A DNA stretch of 63,199 bases, counting the filler, from Octopus bimaculoides (taxonomy: Eukaryota), in the NCBI RefSeq assembly GCF_001194135.2. It is 9 parts of 9 records of this genome, joined end to end, with 100 filler letters (N's around TTAATTAATTAA, not from the genome) between each part and the next. Parts side by side here need not be neighbours in the genome. Positions count along the whole stretch, not along the records: positions 37,763 to 48,392 come from NC_068984.1; positions 48,493 to 49,823 come from NC_068994.1; positions 49,924 to 59,313 come from NC_068985.1; 6 more parts are not named here. One strand, written 5' to 3'. The number at the start of each line of letters is the position of its first letter. Position 1 is the stretch's first letter. The notes below the pieces were generated by a model. It worked only from the letters and a program-made list of their open reading frames with translations. It was not told where the DNA came from and did not search any database. Shown piece by piece: positions 37,818 through 52,215 of the stretch. The position numbers and the translations under genes are program-made.

Positions 37818-38457
37818 GCATACACATCCTCCTATTACATGCTCTCTTTGAAATATATGATACACACACACATGCACACACACACACATACACACACACA
37901 CACGCATACACACACACAGATATACGTACACTATCTGAATCATTAACCTGACATTTTATGATCAATCAGATCAGAAATATGTCAAACATTGTTATAAAAG
38001 AAGAGGGCATAACAGTAATTCATCATCTTTTTTTTTTATATTCTAGCATTCTTTCATTTTCTTTTATTCGTATGCTATTTCATTCTCTCATTCTTTAATA
38101 TCCTTCTAAAACATCATCATCATCATCATCTTTTTCACTCTCTCGTAAATTCTCTCTTTCTCTCCCTCTTTCCTGTTTATCGCTCTTAGTACATGTATAA
38201 ATATGCATACATACACGTATATATGTTATATACATATATAGATACATATATATATGTAAGTATGTATGTATGTATGTATGTATGTGTGTGTGTATGTATG
38301 TGTGCATTTGTGTGTGTGTCTATGTACGTATAATTTATCTGTAAAGCTAAATAAATGGCTCAATATTCGAAAGTTTCATGTGTTGATTAGAGTTCGTATA
38401 TCACTTATTTAGCTTCAATCGTAATAACTATCACACACACAGAGATACACATGTCTG

Positions 38458-38499
<42 letters not shown>

Positions 38500-38534
38500 C
38501 ATGCATACATGCACACACACACACACATATATGT

Positions 38535-38569
<35 letters not shown>

Positions 38570-39077
38570 TATATATACATACATGCACATATATATATAT
38601 ATACGTTTCAATGTGTGTATGCACGCGTGTATGTAAATATTGTTTGCCCCTCATCTCTTTCTTTCTTTCTCTTATTACGTCTCTCATTCTTACTATGGCT
38701 CCGAAACTCTCTGTCTCTCTGCTTCCTTTGAACATCCATTAACATCCAGCAATATTGACAACAAATGTAGATATTCTGTTAAATGTCACATTTAATGTTA
38801 ACACTTATTCAACATCTAAGGTTAAAATTGCTGTTTATTGCTGTTTCTTCCACCATTATTATACTATCTACCAATGAACTAATCAAACCACCCACTAACC
38901 GACCAACCATCCAGTAAACATTAACATCATTGCAAGTGTCTGCCATTATTAAAATCATTTCCTTATTCAATATGGTCAACAGAGAGCTGACAGTAGCGCT
39001 CCCAGCACTCTCTTTCTCATTTATTTCAATAAATGATTAGCAGAATCACATATTTAAAGTTGCAATAAGCTCTAAAG

Positions 39078-39386
39078 TAGTGGTTCTCAAGCAGGGTATG
39101 AAGGTCCATATAAGGCTTTTGGGGATCCATGCAAGCAAACTAGTAAAATGACAATCCATTATAGTATTTTAAGGGTCCATGAAAAGATTTTGCAAGAAAC
39201 AGTTAAGTTTCTTCTAACGTTTTACATAGTTCAATCTCCACAAGTTTATGTGTGAAAAGTAAAATAAGGATTTTCAAAGAAGCGTCTACAAATCTAATTT
39301 TTAAATATTGAATGGCTATGGGAGTCCATCAGAGTAAAGAACACAATCAAAAGGGTCGATAGGTAAGAAATGATTGAGAATCACTG
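39078..39386. mobile_element. hAT/Charlie-like MITE 1
   Basis: TIRs TAGTGGTTCTCAA / TTGAGAATCACTG; 8-bp TSD CTCTAAAG / CACTAAAG. Confidence 0.8.
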
Positions 39387-39418
39387 CACTAAAGGATATC
39401 TCGTGACAGGTTCTAATG

Positions 39419-39651
39419 TAATGGCTCCCAACCGGAGTCCACATGACCTTTGTTCTTAAAGTTTATGAGCAATAAATTGGTTATATTTCAGTAATGCGCA
39501 AAATATTTTGACAGTTTTTATACGGTTCTTAACGATATTTAATCATAAAAAATATTTTAGGATTTTTAAAGCATCAAATGGCTATGAGGGTCCAGTAAGG
39601 AAAAATAAAAATAAAAGGAGTTCAAAGGTAAAAAATAGTTGAGAACTAATG
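39419..39651. mobile_element. hAT/Charlie-like MITE 2
   Basis: TIRs TAATGGCTCCCAAC / GTTGAGAACTAATG; 8-bp TSD TTCTAATG / CTCTAATG. Confidence 0.7.
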
Positions 39652-40559
39652 CTCTAATGGAAGCAAGCATGTTTTTGATATGTTTGTAAGCAAACACACA
39701 ACAATTATATTCAGAGATCATCACTTCAGCAGGTTCTTTAATTCTTATTATTCAATAATCTCTAGAAACTAGAAACTGCTGAAAGTTGTAGATTCCAGAG
39801 TTCACCTTTTTAAGTTAATAGTGAGGGCACTACGGAAATAAACGCGAGTTTCGTTAGTTACAACCTGAAATCAATCTGGATAATGTAGCAGTCTCTCATT
39901 CTAGGAGTGTTATTTCTTGTGAATCATAACAAGATTTTATCTGTGACTCGATGGGATCGTCGACATCTTTCGACCCAAAATATTTAAGGACAACTAAAAA
40001 ACTTCAACAAGATATATTTATGATAAGATCCAGGATTAAATACTTTGCTGAGTTGAGAGGACAGTTAGTAAATGATATCGCGTTTACTGAGAAAAAAGCA
40101 ATATAAAAACTACTGGCACTAGTGAGAAACGACTGAATCGCATACTCTAGAACACAATGAAGTATTAAGACAAATTAAATCGCTACACTGTAAAAGAGAT
40201 CATATAGCAATACTCGCCATCCACCAAAAGCTAGGAAGCAAGCATCCTCTTAAGGAACAATCATAATCATTAATAATCAATTCAGTACTAAGAGTATAGG
40301 AGTGGTCTGTGCTTAACTTGAGTCAGTTTAGAAAGAAAGATGAGAAATATTGTCACGTAATTTGAAGTACTGAATGTTTGGGACTGCACCCGCTGTTGAA
40401 GAATGTCAGCTTCATTTATCAAAATCTCGACAGATGTTCTTAAAAAAATAAGTCAGATGCCTATCCACACTCATACACATATGCACAAACCTGTACACAT
40501 AAACATACACATATACACAAGATCACAGATATACAAGAAAAGACAATAGAAATGATAAT

Positions 40560-40985
40560 AGGTCCCGATGTGTTTGGGGACCCGAAGGTTTTTTGCCCTG
40601 TATCACATGATTTAGACACAAATTTGATTGGAGAGGCTGGCCAATGCTCATCAACTCCAGTACTTGATTGGTATTTTATTTTATTGACTCTAGAACGAAG
40701 CAAGACAAAGTTCATCACGGTAAGATTTGAATTCAGAATGTAAGATACCAGAATAAATATTACAAAGCATTTTTCCACGGTTCTAGCGATCTGGTGCAGG
40801 AGGCTAGACATTCGGGTGGAGCTAGTTGATTAAATCGACCCAACACTTGACTGGTATTTTATTTTATTGACCCAGAATGGATGAAATGAGAATTAGAGTC
40901 TGGTGGGGTTTGGATGCAGACTGAAAAGGTCTTTTGTTAATACAGCTTGGCATTTTAATCGTCGCTCAGTTCATTCTACTCCTGG
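40560..40985 (-). mobile_element. Two tandem degenerate SINE family A copies
   Basis: ACTTGATTGGTATTTTATTTTATTGAC core occurs twice; GATTTGAATTCAGAATGTAAG B-box segment. Confidence 0.7.
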
Positions 40986-41866
40986 ACCCTTAACACTATG
41001 AATATTAACATTAAAAAAAAAAGACTACAATCCCCCCCCACTGCATTTACTGACTTCCTTCAAATAGTATTAGTCATTGACTGTTATTGTTTCTTCACAG
41101 AATAATTAGATTTTTAGATTTTTATACATTAAATACGTTGAAATTAACCCGCCTATTATTTTTTAAGCAGATGAAATCACTAAACCATCTTTTCTCGGAA
41201 CAATTCAATATCTTCTCTGCCAACAAGTGCACATTTTTTTAGCATTTACTAAGTCTCTCATTTCTTTTGTGGCAAGAATGAGAGATTTTATGCTTCCAAT
41301 GATAAAGTCGTAATAATGCAGAAATATGCAGAGTGTCATGTCCCATGCTTGCCGAAGCAGTAATATTCAATAAGCCACATTTTTGTATCCATCACATAAT
41401 TTGTAGTTGCCAACATTAAATATGGTAGCACCAAAACGCCCGCACACTCACACGCGCGCGCGCGCATGCTTGCATACACAGGCATTAGCAGTTGTCAAAT
41501 TGATTATATATGAAAATTAATTAGTTTTCTACCTCAGAGTTCTGGAAATGAAGTTTTGTGAAGAAAAGTAAATGATTAATTTAGGTAGTAGTCAAGGGAG
41601 TTGTATGACTGAGAGTATTTATTCAGTTAATTATTGCGTGCAAGCAAACGAGAGGACCTCTAAGTCTTCATGTGATTTAATGGAAATAATAACCGAACCT
41701 CTTCCAAATCACATTCTGCTCTCTTGAAAGAGTAGTATACTAGATAATTAGACTTAGATCCACTATGACGGGGGAAAAAGACAGGATGTTCACAGCTGGA
41801 ATGCTTTTCATCGTGGGTTCTATTGGATCACATGATTTGGGGATAAACAATAATTGCAACAACAGT

Positions 41867-41923
<57 letters not shown>

Positions 41924-44900
41924 TACTACTGCTGCTCCTGCTGCTGCTGCCGCCGCCGCTGCTGCTGCTACTACTACTACTACTACTACTACTACTATCT
42001 CATGATAGTTCCTCTGCACAATGGCGGTTTTACTAGAAATAGTCGCCAAACTATGTATCTTTTAATCACCCCCTACCATTTTAAGAATGGGTAACAAGGT
42101 ACTCTTATAGGAAGATGATATGGCTGCGGCTGGAATGCCAATGTTCGAAAGCCTACAGGTTCAACATTGACTAGGGACTGAACAACAAATACAGCAACTT
42201 AAAATAATCTCGTTACTAAGAGAGAAACTGTCATAATTTGAAACTATTTAAAATAATACCGTAGATAGTAAGTAGATTATCGGCAGTTGAACCTTAGACT
42301 CCCAGGTTCGATCTCTCTATAAATTTATTTCCCTCTCCTTAATGCCAGGACAAAAGAAGTATAAATTCAACAATATCTTATAAATATATGGTTCCTGGAG
42401 ACAATAACAAAATCAGTACTTGTCGAGACCTTACACTGTTTGGTTAGAAGGGCTAGCAGAGTAAGATTTCTATTCACTTAAAGACAGGTCATCTAATTTT
42501 TGGATGGTTCCACTTCCTTTAGAAAATTGTAAGTGACACACCAACTCAAGAAACCTAAATATTTGTGACACCGTGTATAAGAGGGGAAAAGATACAAGAT
42601 CAGTATTTTAAAGCAGCAGTTCAAATAATCATTTTGATAGTGAATTGAATATGCGACAGACTATAACCTTGTATGACCCCACACTCTTTCCTATTGGTAA
42701 CCTCCATTGACTTCTGATCAACGTTGATTCACTATCATATATCATCTCATTCTCTGAAGATAACTAAAGAAATATTTCCATGAAGTCTGGTGATTCATCA
42801 ATACACCGTGATGTCAGTTCTCAAATACATTTGCAAATTGGTGTAAAGAGATTAGGAATGTATCGTATAGAACCATATTAGTGAACAGCTATAATGATAT
42901 ACGGTGAATATATGTATATATGTATACACACACGCATGAACGCACGCACGCACATATATGCATTTATGCACACATAAACACACTTACATATATGTATTTA
43001 TACACATAAACACAGAGGAAACAGAGGATAAAGAGGAGGTGGAGGAGGAGAATGAGAGGGAGAAGGAGAAAGATGGGAGGAGAGGAGGAGAACAAGGAAG
43101 GGGAGTGGAACAAATGCAGAATAAAGAGAGAATAATGCCAAAGATGATGAGCCTACAGATGATATTGTTGCCGTTTCTTTCAAACACTATTTCTTAAGTT
43201 TGTGATATCTTTATCTTTATGTAGACACTACATAAACTACACGCACATACACATTCCGGTGTGCACGCGTATGTGTGCATATGTGTGTATATGCGTGTAT
43301 GCGTGTGTGTCTAATGATATGTGATAGTATCACTCTCATACACCAAATCGTATGTGCGTGTGTGTGCGCGCGCGTGTGTTGCACAAGCAGACACGCATAC
43401 ACACAGACGCACACATGTGTCTTATATGCTTACAGATATGAGTTGCTATTTAATCTCAAGAAAGTAATATGACTATTCACAAATATGTCCGAATATATTG
43501 ACCTACTTATAAATACTTATTTTCCAATTTCAACTGAAGAACAGGACATTTACAACGCAATGTTCACAATAATTTCTTCATATAACGACAAGGACTCTAA
43601 CGGGGTCCCGCAGCATTCTTGTTAAAAGAGAACGTCCAGGGTCTTTTGACTTACACTATAGCACGTAGATTTTTAAAAATAGAGTGTTCTGTTAAAACCA
43701 ACATTTATGAATAACTATAAACGACAGGAAATTGCGAATTAAAACATTTTAACAAAAACACATGCTTAAAACATAAAATGAAATATTCAAGTATTTCAAA
43801 TTGTAAATCATAAATTCTGAAGAAAAAGCAAACTTTAAAAACTCTTAAATCATGAAGCTTTAGACGAAAGTAAATTTCAAAAATATCTTATCGTAATTGC
43901 ACATTGCAAAAATATAATCATAAAGCTTTAAAAATATATTCAAATTTTAAAAAGTGAATCTTAACGGTAATGGTGTTGATTGAAAAAATAAAATGAAGCA
44001 AGAAAACAAGAAGGGATAACTACCACCCTACTCACCAAAAAAAATGACGAAGTAAAGAAGTTACATCTGACAATTTGACCACTTGATTTCAATAAAGATA
44101 AAAACAATGATTTATTTTAATCTGTTTCTACGTAAGATTTTCCCGGTAAAAAAGGACGCCTTTTATTTATTTAAATTTAGGTTTACAGTTTTATTAATAT
44201 ATCATGTTCTAGTTACTTTGTTACTGTTAATCTATCACCGTTTCTAGACTCTTCAACAAACCATTCTCTGTGTTTTAATATCTTGATTTTATATTATATA
44301 AATATTCAACGCACACAAATCAACACAAACAATACTTTTGGTCAAATAATTCACTGTTTTCAAAATTTCATTACTTTCATACCAAATATTAAAGATTCAG
44401 ATTTTCTGTTAAGTTTTCTGTAAAAAGTATATCAATGTTTTCTGTATTCATTTGAAACTCACTTTATTGCACCCAGACCTCCTTTGCACAAAACAAAAAT
44501 ATATAGATATAATAATTACCTTGATATGCATAAGGCATGGTTTGTAGACGCATAAAACTAATCCTTTCACTCCCAAACATTCATATAACTCATCTTGTTA
44601 CTCTTGATGTATCTCTCCTAAGTCTCGCACCAATCATTATCTCTAGTTTTCCCATCTCACAACATTAGTCCTCTGAAGATTTCCCATCTACTCATGTTTT
44701 GATGTAGAGGAACGTTAACAGCATCAACCTTACTAGTCTTTGGAAGTCTATGAAGATCGTGGGCCTTGACCTTTCCATCAGACCAAAGTAATAAATAAAT
44801 AATGCGTCCGAATCGTCATTTTTAGGATCTTATAACTCTCTTCTAGGTTAAGATACAAATTTCAGTTATATAAATATATATACACACACATACACACGCA

Positions 44901-45088
44901 TAAGTATGTAAATACAAACATCCATCCATTCATACGTACGTACATACACACACACACACACACATATATATATACATTCATACATACATCATACATACAT
45001 ACGTACGTACATACACACACATACATACATATATACATTCATACATACATCATACATACATACATACGTACGTATACATGTACATGTA

Positions 45089-45718
45089 CGGAGGGCGGCT
45101 GAAAATTTCATATGCCTGACCAAGATATTCTAATGGAATGTGACCAAATGAGGTTTATTTTTTAACATAGTCATCCTTGCAAATCACACACTTCTTCTAT
45201 CGGTGTTGCAATACTTGGAACCCATTGGGGAAGAAGCTTTTATTTTTATCCTGTTGGTCAAAAAGTTATCAACAGCAGGTTCCTGGCCAAGTGTTTTTTC
45301 ATATTGGGGAAGAGATGATAGTCAGATGGGGCCAAATCAGCAAGATAGAGAGTTTGATCAACCATTTCAAAGTCCCAGTCACGCACAGCAGCCACTGAAA
45401 ACAAGGGCTTGTGCAGAATAGTCTCAACTCTTCCACGCAGGATATGCTAGTAGCATTGGCTATTTGATTTATAGTCAATTACCTGTCAATCACCTGTCAT
45501 CTATCAGCATATAGTGAACACGATCGATGTTTTCCTCGATGATGGCAGTTTCAGGACGTCCAAACGTTGAGTTATCTTCAAGACTTCTCTTCCCGTCCTA
45601 AATTCAGCTGCCCATTTCTGTATTCTTGATGAAGCTGGAACGTCATTCCTTTAATATAGCAACCATGTCATCATGAATGTCCTTAGGAGCTAAATACTTT
45701 TTCTGCAGGTACTTGATA
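45089..45718 (-). mobile_element. Internally deleted mariner element
   Basis: TIR TA-CGGAGGGCGGCTGAAAATTTCA. Minus-strand N-terminal IKYLQKKYLAPKDIHDDMVA..KWAAEFRTGR..GRPETAIIEENID is joined to C-terminal DLAPSDYHLFPNMK. Confidence 0.88.
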
Positions 45719-45720
45719 TA

Positions 45721-45763
<43 letters not shown>

Positions 45764-45875
45764 NNNNNNNNNNNNNNNNNNNNNNNNNNNNNNNNNNNNN
45801 NNNNNNNNNNNNNNNNNNNNNNNNNNNNNNNNNNNNNNNNNNNNNNNNNNNNNNNNNNNNNNNNNTTGAGAGTTT

Positions 45876-45937
<62 letters not shown>

Positions 45938-46480
45938 GGCAGGCAGATCAGTACTATAAGATGTGGATTCTAAGAATTGTGTGGCTATTGCAGAAAGCTC
46001 TTCTCACAGACTCAGCTAACAGTCTGCATAGTAATTCCAGTGCAGAGAAGTGTAATGTTGAGTGTCAATGCAGTTGAAAGCAAGAAGATTCGATCGATGA
46101 AATTATTTCATGACAAGTATGTAAACCATAAAAAGTCAGAAGGTATGACAAAAATATATATTTAACACCTTGACATCCTTAGGATGTTGAATCGTTGATG
46201 TAACCATGATGTTCTGGTGATCTGATAAGATAGCTCTCTTTATATTTTTTCATTGATTTGTGAATATGCAATTGTATTGCATATGGCCGAGCATGCATAT
46301 TAATGCAAACATGCAAGTATATTTTCTTTGGTACCGAAATTAATAAAACGTGAAAAAGGTTGCAAATCGAGCATAATCCTAAATCTGTCACAAGTTAAAA
46401 TAAATATATATTCACCTTTCACACCTCCTGACTTTTATGGTATATAAATATACATGTTTATGTGTGCGTATGTGTATATC

Positions 46481-46517
<37 letters not shown>

Positions 46518-46759
46518 ACCGTGCCTGTGTGTGTGTGTATGTGTTTACATACATACATACATACAAACATACATGCGCATACTTAGATACTAAAATACAT
46601 AAATACTAAGATAAATTTCGGTCAGAATTGACCCAAGCCTTGATTAACACAATAATACCATTTGGAAAAGATTTTTAATGGTGTTTCGTATTGCAGTCAT
46701 TCTTTGGGCAACATAACACATTCAAATAAAGAGTAAGTGTTTGCAGAAATTTATGGGGA

Positions 46760-47150
46760 ATTCGTTGGAGATATTCATGCAGGAACTGTTTGAATGTTAT
46801 GAGATCTTTTTCTTCTCTTTTGTGGAATATTTTGTACATCATACAAATGATATAGCGTTTACAGCGGCGTTGGAGCGAATAAAGTTTGAACATCTCGAGC
46901 CGATCCCAATAGTCAAGACCTGTTATGTCGTCTAGTTTTTTTTTCTTTTTCTTTGTGATTGATCACTTGGATGCTTCAATTTTTATAATTTTTGCTTTCT
47001 CGTGTGGGGAGACCACAGCGGACAACGGTGTTCAAGGTGGGGACGGACGAAGGTGGTGAAGTGAACAATAACATAGGAGCGTCTCTTAACTGGAAAGCCC
47101 AGAGAATTGAAGAGTATGCCCAGCTGGCCATGTTGACTTTCTAATAAACG
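46760..47150 (-). mobile_element. CR1/L2-like LINE RT C-terminal fragment
   Basis: FTTFVRPHLEHRCPLWSPH and LYSLQRRCKRYIICMMYKI. Confidence 0.78.
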
Positions 47151-47189
47151 AGAATTTGTCAGAAGGCCTCCAGGAAAGCGAAACGACAC

Positions 47190-47643
47190 ACATTACACGA
47201 CGAAAACAGTGAAGCTTGGGGGTGAAAGTCTCATGCTTTTGGGATACATAAAAAGTGATGGTTCAAGAAAGTTGGTTAAAATTGACGGTAGTTTGAATAG
47301 TGCCAAATACATCCAGTTACTGAAGGACAATTTGATACCAGACTTGGATGAAGGTGAGATTTTTCAGTATGACAGATCTCTATTCCACAGATCGCGTGCA
47401 ACGCAACAGAGTCTGGTCGGTGAAGGTGTTATCGTATTGAAAGGTTGGTTAGCTAACTTAAATATCATCGAGCAAATGAGAAGAGTTTGTCAGAAAAATC
47501 CATGCAAACATGAAGAGTTGTGAGAGCTCGGTCACAGAGAATGGCATCTCATGCCTGTGAAGATGGTGAAGGATTTGTACGCATCTCTTTCCAGGCGCAT
47601 TGAAGCAATTATTGAAGCTCAGGGAAGCCACACGAAATATTAA
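47190..47643 (+). mobile_element. Tc1 transposase C-terminal (DDE) remnant
   Basis: TVKLGGESLMLLGYIKSDG, LNSAKYIQLLKDNL, IFQYD, LNIIEQM, LYASLSRRIEAIIEAQGSHTKY*. Candidate TIR end TTTTGCACGGTACTG-TA at 47897-47913. Confidence 0.9.
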
Positions 47644-48392
47644 CAATGTAGAGTAACTTCTTGAAATGAATATTATGTAATAAATTTTCATAGACATTTT
47701 TCTGTTATAAAGCATTGTATCTTGATTGGTTTATGTGAACTGGCCGAAAAATTTTGCACGGCCATTTTTGGTGGTCGTCTCGCATCTTCCCTTCTTATTC
47801 AGAACCCCAACTACAAAATATAATAATTACGTATGGAAATGACTCCAAGAGGGCCAATGTTTCATCTATAAAAAAACGCAATGCGAAACATTCACTTTTT
47901 GCACGGTACTGTATACTAACTGACAAGAACTACACTCATCAACAACAAAATATATATTTACAGATTTATATTTCTATAAGTATATGGACAGGTCTCCGTA
48001 TAATGTTTTATTATGAAAACTATTAAATCACCACTAATTTATTAAGAGATAAATATTCTATAGTTATCTATTATCTTCATCTTTTATTTTATAAAAAGGA
48101 CTAAACACATTACCTTGGTATACAATAAGAGAGAATAGAGGTCTATAAAATGAAGGATTACAAAGAAGTAGAATTTATAGCAGGCAATGATATCGATATA
48201 GAATTTCAATGATCTCTAAGACATAAAATTAAGTAGTGGAGCGGGGTGTAGATGGTGTGCATGTTATGTGTGTGTGAGAGAGTGGTTGTGTATAAGTGTG
48301 TGAAATTTATGCCTTTCTGCTTTATGTTATACGCATATATTTATACACACACATGTATGTATATATATGTGTACATTTATATATATATATAT

Positions 48393-48492
48393 NNNNNNNN
48401 NNNNNNNNNNNNNNNNNNNNNNNNNNNNNNNNNNNNTTAATTAATTAANNNNNNNNNNNNNNNNNNNNNNNNNNNNNNNNNNNNNNNNNNNN
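48393..48492. other. Artificial scaffold spacer 4
   Basis: 44N-TTAATTAATTAA-44N. Confidence 0.97.
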
Positions 48493-48916
48493 TTTTCCAC
48501 TGGCATGGGTGCCAGTGGAGTGTTAACAGCACCATCCGAACAGGATCACTGCCAGGGCAGCGATCTCGCTTCCGTGCCAGTAGCACATAAAAAGCACCAT
48601 TTGAGCGCGATTGTTTCCAGCTTTGCCTTACTGGCACTTATGCCGGTGGCATGTGAACAAAATATTGGACTGACTCCTGCGCAGGTGGCACATAAAAAAC
48701 ACCATTTGAGCGTGGCCATTGCCAGTACCGCCGAACTGGCCCTTGTGCCAGTGGCATGTAAAAAGCACCTACTACACTCTCGGAGTGGTTGGCGTTAGGA
48801 AGGGCATCCAGCTGTAGAAACTCTGCCAGATCAGATTGGAGTCTGGTGTAGCCATCTGGTTCGCCAGTCCCCAGTCAAATCGTCCAACCCATGCTAGCTC
48901 GGAAAGCGGACGTTAA

Positions 48917-48948
<32 letters not shown>
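48493..48948 (+). mobile_element. RTE-type 3' UTR with internal tandem duplications, ending in (GAT)n
   Basis: Repeated GTGGCACATAAAAAGCACCATTTGAGCG units; same tail as 37461-37662. Confidence 0.85.
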
Positions 48949-48949
<1 letters not shown>

Positions 48950-49248
48950 TCTAACATTTTGTGAACAGACAGCTACCATGCAAAAGATACCCACTTTCAA
49001 TTCTTGTCTCCTAATTGGACTAAAAATTATCCAGCTTTGAACCTCTGCAACATTGTTCAAAATTCTTCTGACAATAAATGAATCCCAAATTCAGGTTCAA
49101 CAATGGAAACATCCATATACCAAATTTGAAAATATTTACTAAATTTTAAAATTTCCAAATCTATGACAGCAGCCAGTAACATCTAGGTTTTGTGTCAAAT
49201 GTAATATAGAAGAACTCTGTCTAGGTGATTGGTAAAATGTAAACTCAC

Positions 49249-49389
49249 AGCAACTTCTTGGAAATCGAACACAATCCCATGTTTATTTGAAAGGTCCAAG
49301 GTCTTTAAACTTAAGTCGTAACTCTCACTGGAATACTCATGGAATTTCGCACTGAATCCTTTCCACGAATGCTGATTCAAATCATTTCC
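49249..49389 (-). CDS. Isolated 141-nt coding exon (phase 0-0), protein unidentified
   Basis: Acceptor TTTTATTTCCATTTCCAG| and donor GCT|GTGAGT. 47 open codons: GNDLNQHSWKGFSAKFHEYSSESYDLSLKTLDLSNKHGIVFDFQEVA. Confidence 0.7.
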
Positions 49390-49461
49390 CTGGAAATGGA
49401 AATAAAATAATACAAAATATCATTAAAAGAAACAAAATAGAAATAAAAAATGATACCATAC

Positions 49462-49823
<362 letters not shown>

Positions 49824-49923
49824 NNNNNNNNNNNNNNNNNNNNNNNNNNNNNNNNNNNNNNNNNNNNTTAATTAATTAANNNNNNNNNNNNNNNNNNNNN
49901 NNNNNNNNNNNNNNNNNNNNNNN
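49824..49923. other. Artificial scaffold spacer 5
   Basis: 44N-TTAATTAATTAA-44N. Confidence 0.97.
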
Positions 49924-50010
49924 AGGAGGGAGAGAGAGAGGAGGAGGGAGAGAGAGAGGAGGAGGGAGAGAGAGAGGAGGAGGGAGAGAGAGAGGAGGAG
50001 GGAGAGAGAG
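49924..50010. repeat. 18-bp purine minisatellite (GGAGGAGGGAGAGAGAGA)n
   Basis: About 5 units; gives the SPSSSL pseudo-ORF. Confidence 0.9.
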
Positions 50011-50570
50011 GGTGGACTTCGAAGATATCTTGAAGAGCAATCCAATGTGGTACCAACTAATTACATAACGGACTTATTAACTGTGTCTGCGTAAACGTGT
50101 AGAATTTCTGTGCCTATGTGCGCATGTTGGTGACTGCATTCCAAGTGCATTTAAAAGAAGATTAAGAAAACTGATTGCACGCAAGAAAAATAAATGTAAA
50201 TAGACATCAGTTATTCGTTGGCGCGTACAAGTGCGAACGCATGCACATATATTAAATCTACAAACAACAATTTTCTTGTCAATCATGAGATTGCAAATAT
50301 AAACACAGACATATAGAAATGCACGAAAGTTGCATATATACAAAGAACACTCACTGGTAAATACTCATTCATACATACTTGCAATCATATGTGCATGCAC
50401 ATACACTGCCAAACAGAAACACAGACACAACTTTTCACATTATCTTCAGAATATCTTTCAACTTAAATCTCATTTTTTTTACATCTGAAAATGTTTACGT
50501 CATAAAATGTTTACGTCATCATATGATGGAAATGACTTGTTTTTTTAAGTACAAGTAGAAACAGAGTACA

Positions 50571-50760
50571 CGGCGGCGAGCTGGCAGAATCGCTAGCATA
50601 TCGGACAAAATACAAATATTTCTTCTGGTTCATTATGTTACGAGTTCAAACATCACTGAGGTCATCTATGCCTTTTATCCATTCGGGGACAATGAAATAG
50701 AGTACTAGTCAAGTACGTGGATAAATGTAATATGCCCTTCCCTCAAAATATTTACTATTA
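50571..50760 (+). mobile_element. Degenerate SINE family A
   Basis: GGCGGCGAGCTGGCAGAATCGCTAGCA head and GAGTTCAAAC B box. Confidence 0.75.
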
Positions 50761-52215
50761 ACTCTGCAACGGATCAGCGTCCCGTTGAGAGCGAATATTG
50801 TGATACCAGTTAATTGTACGCCATGGAAATCAGGTAAGCAGCCTTATGAATGCAATGGCTTGACAAAAGAAAAAAAGGAAGAAAGACAAAAAAACTATGG
50901 TATTTGCGGTCATCCTCCTCAGTCAGGAGTTCGATTTCATGTGAGATATAAAGCTATAGTGGTTGTTGCGGTACACCATAGTGGATTTTAGGTTTAGCTT
51001 ATTTCGTAAGGTATTATCCAGGTGAGATACGGCTTTCGCAGTGAACAAGAAACCTGACTCTCAGTGCAACGCTCTCTGACATGAACCGAGGTGACATAGA
51101 AAGAAAAGTATTTCCCAAACACATAGTATCACACACAATTCTATCTGTTATTTCTGTATTTCAGAAAATTAATTCGAGTTCGGGTCTCGGAATAAAAACG
51201 CCTTAAACTTAGAGGCTGTGGTAAAAACGCCTGCTTCGTAAATACATAGTTCTTGGATCGAATTAATAGTTGGCTTCTTGAGATAAATTTTACTGAGGTC
51301 ACCTTTGCCTTTCACAATTTCTTGGTCGATAAATAAAGTACCAGATCAGTATCTTTGTCAATTATTCTCTCGATTAAAAACTTTTAAGACTTAAAAAAAA
51401 TCTTTTAACTTTTGAAATTTTTATATCTGCGAACTTTAAGCCTTTTTATAAAAAGAAAATACATCCACCGACCTATTACAGAAAATTTAATCTTCTACTC
51501 TTCTACCTTTATTGTATTCTAAATTGTTTTTATTTTATTTTATTTTATTTTATTTTATTTCATTTTATTTCTTCTCATCTTCGTCTCTGCCAATCCAACC
51601 AACAGTGTCATGTTGTTATCTTACTATTTCTCAAATACACAAATCTAATAATTTCCCATTGTATTACACTGATTCGACCCAAGCATTTCATTAACGTTAC
51701 ACGTCTCTGGGAAATATTTAATTGCTTATGATTTATTTCCCACGTATGAATTTCAGTCGATCGAAGAGCAGACTGCTCCTCGTTGAGATCGACGGAGAAT
51801 CCATAACTGAGGATAAAATAACTAATAGTAAGACAATGAGATTGATTCCTGATAAGAATTCACTCCAAAACTAGACTTAACAAATCAATACCTTTCCATA
51901 TCATGTAGAAAGAGTTTTCAAATAGAGTTTGAAGCTTTGAATAAGGAGTCCATTACTTGAAACTTGATTCCTGGTTATAGCCATTTCACTTCCTCTAGAC
52001 GACTAATGTCTTTGAGAAAGCCATAAATATCACACAATCTTACTTCTCATCTTCACTTAATATACAGGATGTGCTGCGAACAGTCGCAATCATTGTAGTA
52101 AGCTAATAATGTTAACAAATCAGAAGGAGAGTGACGAAATGTTGTCCTCTTATGCCTGTATAATGTGGGTTTATATTTCGTCATCCATTTAAAATATTAA
52201 TTTCATCGTTTTAGA

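Noticed and set aside
51756-51793. Bulged hairpin GTCGATC..GAGCAG-A-CTGCTC..GATCGAC as a ribozyme
   Set aside because: The hairpin is real, but there is no GAAA, stem III or recognisable core.
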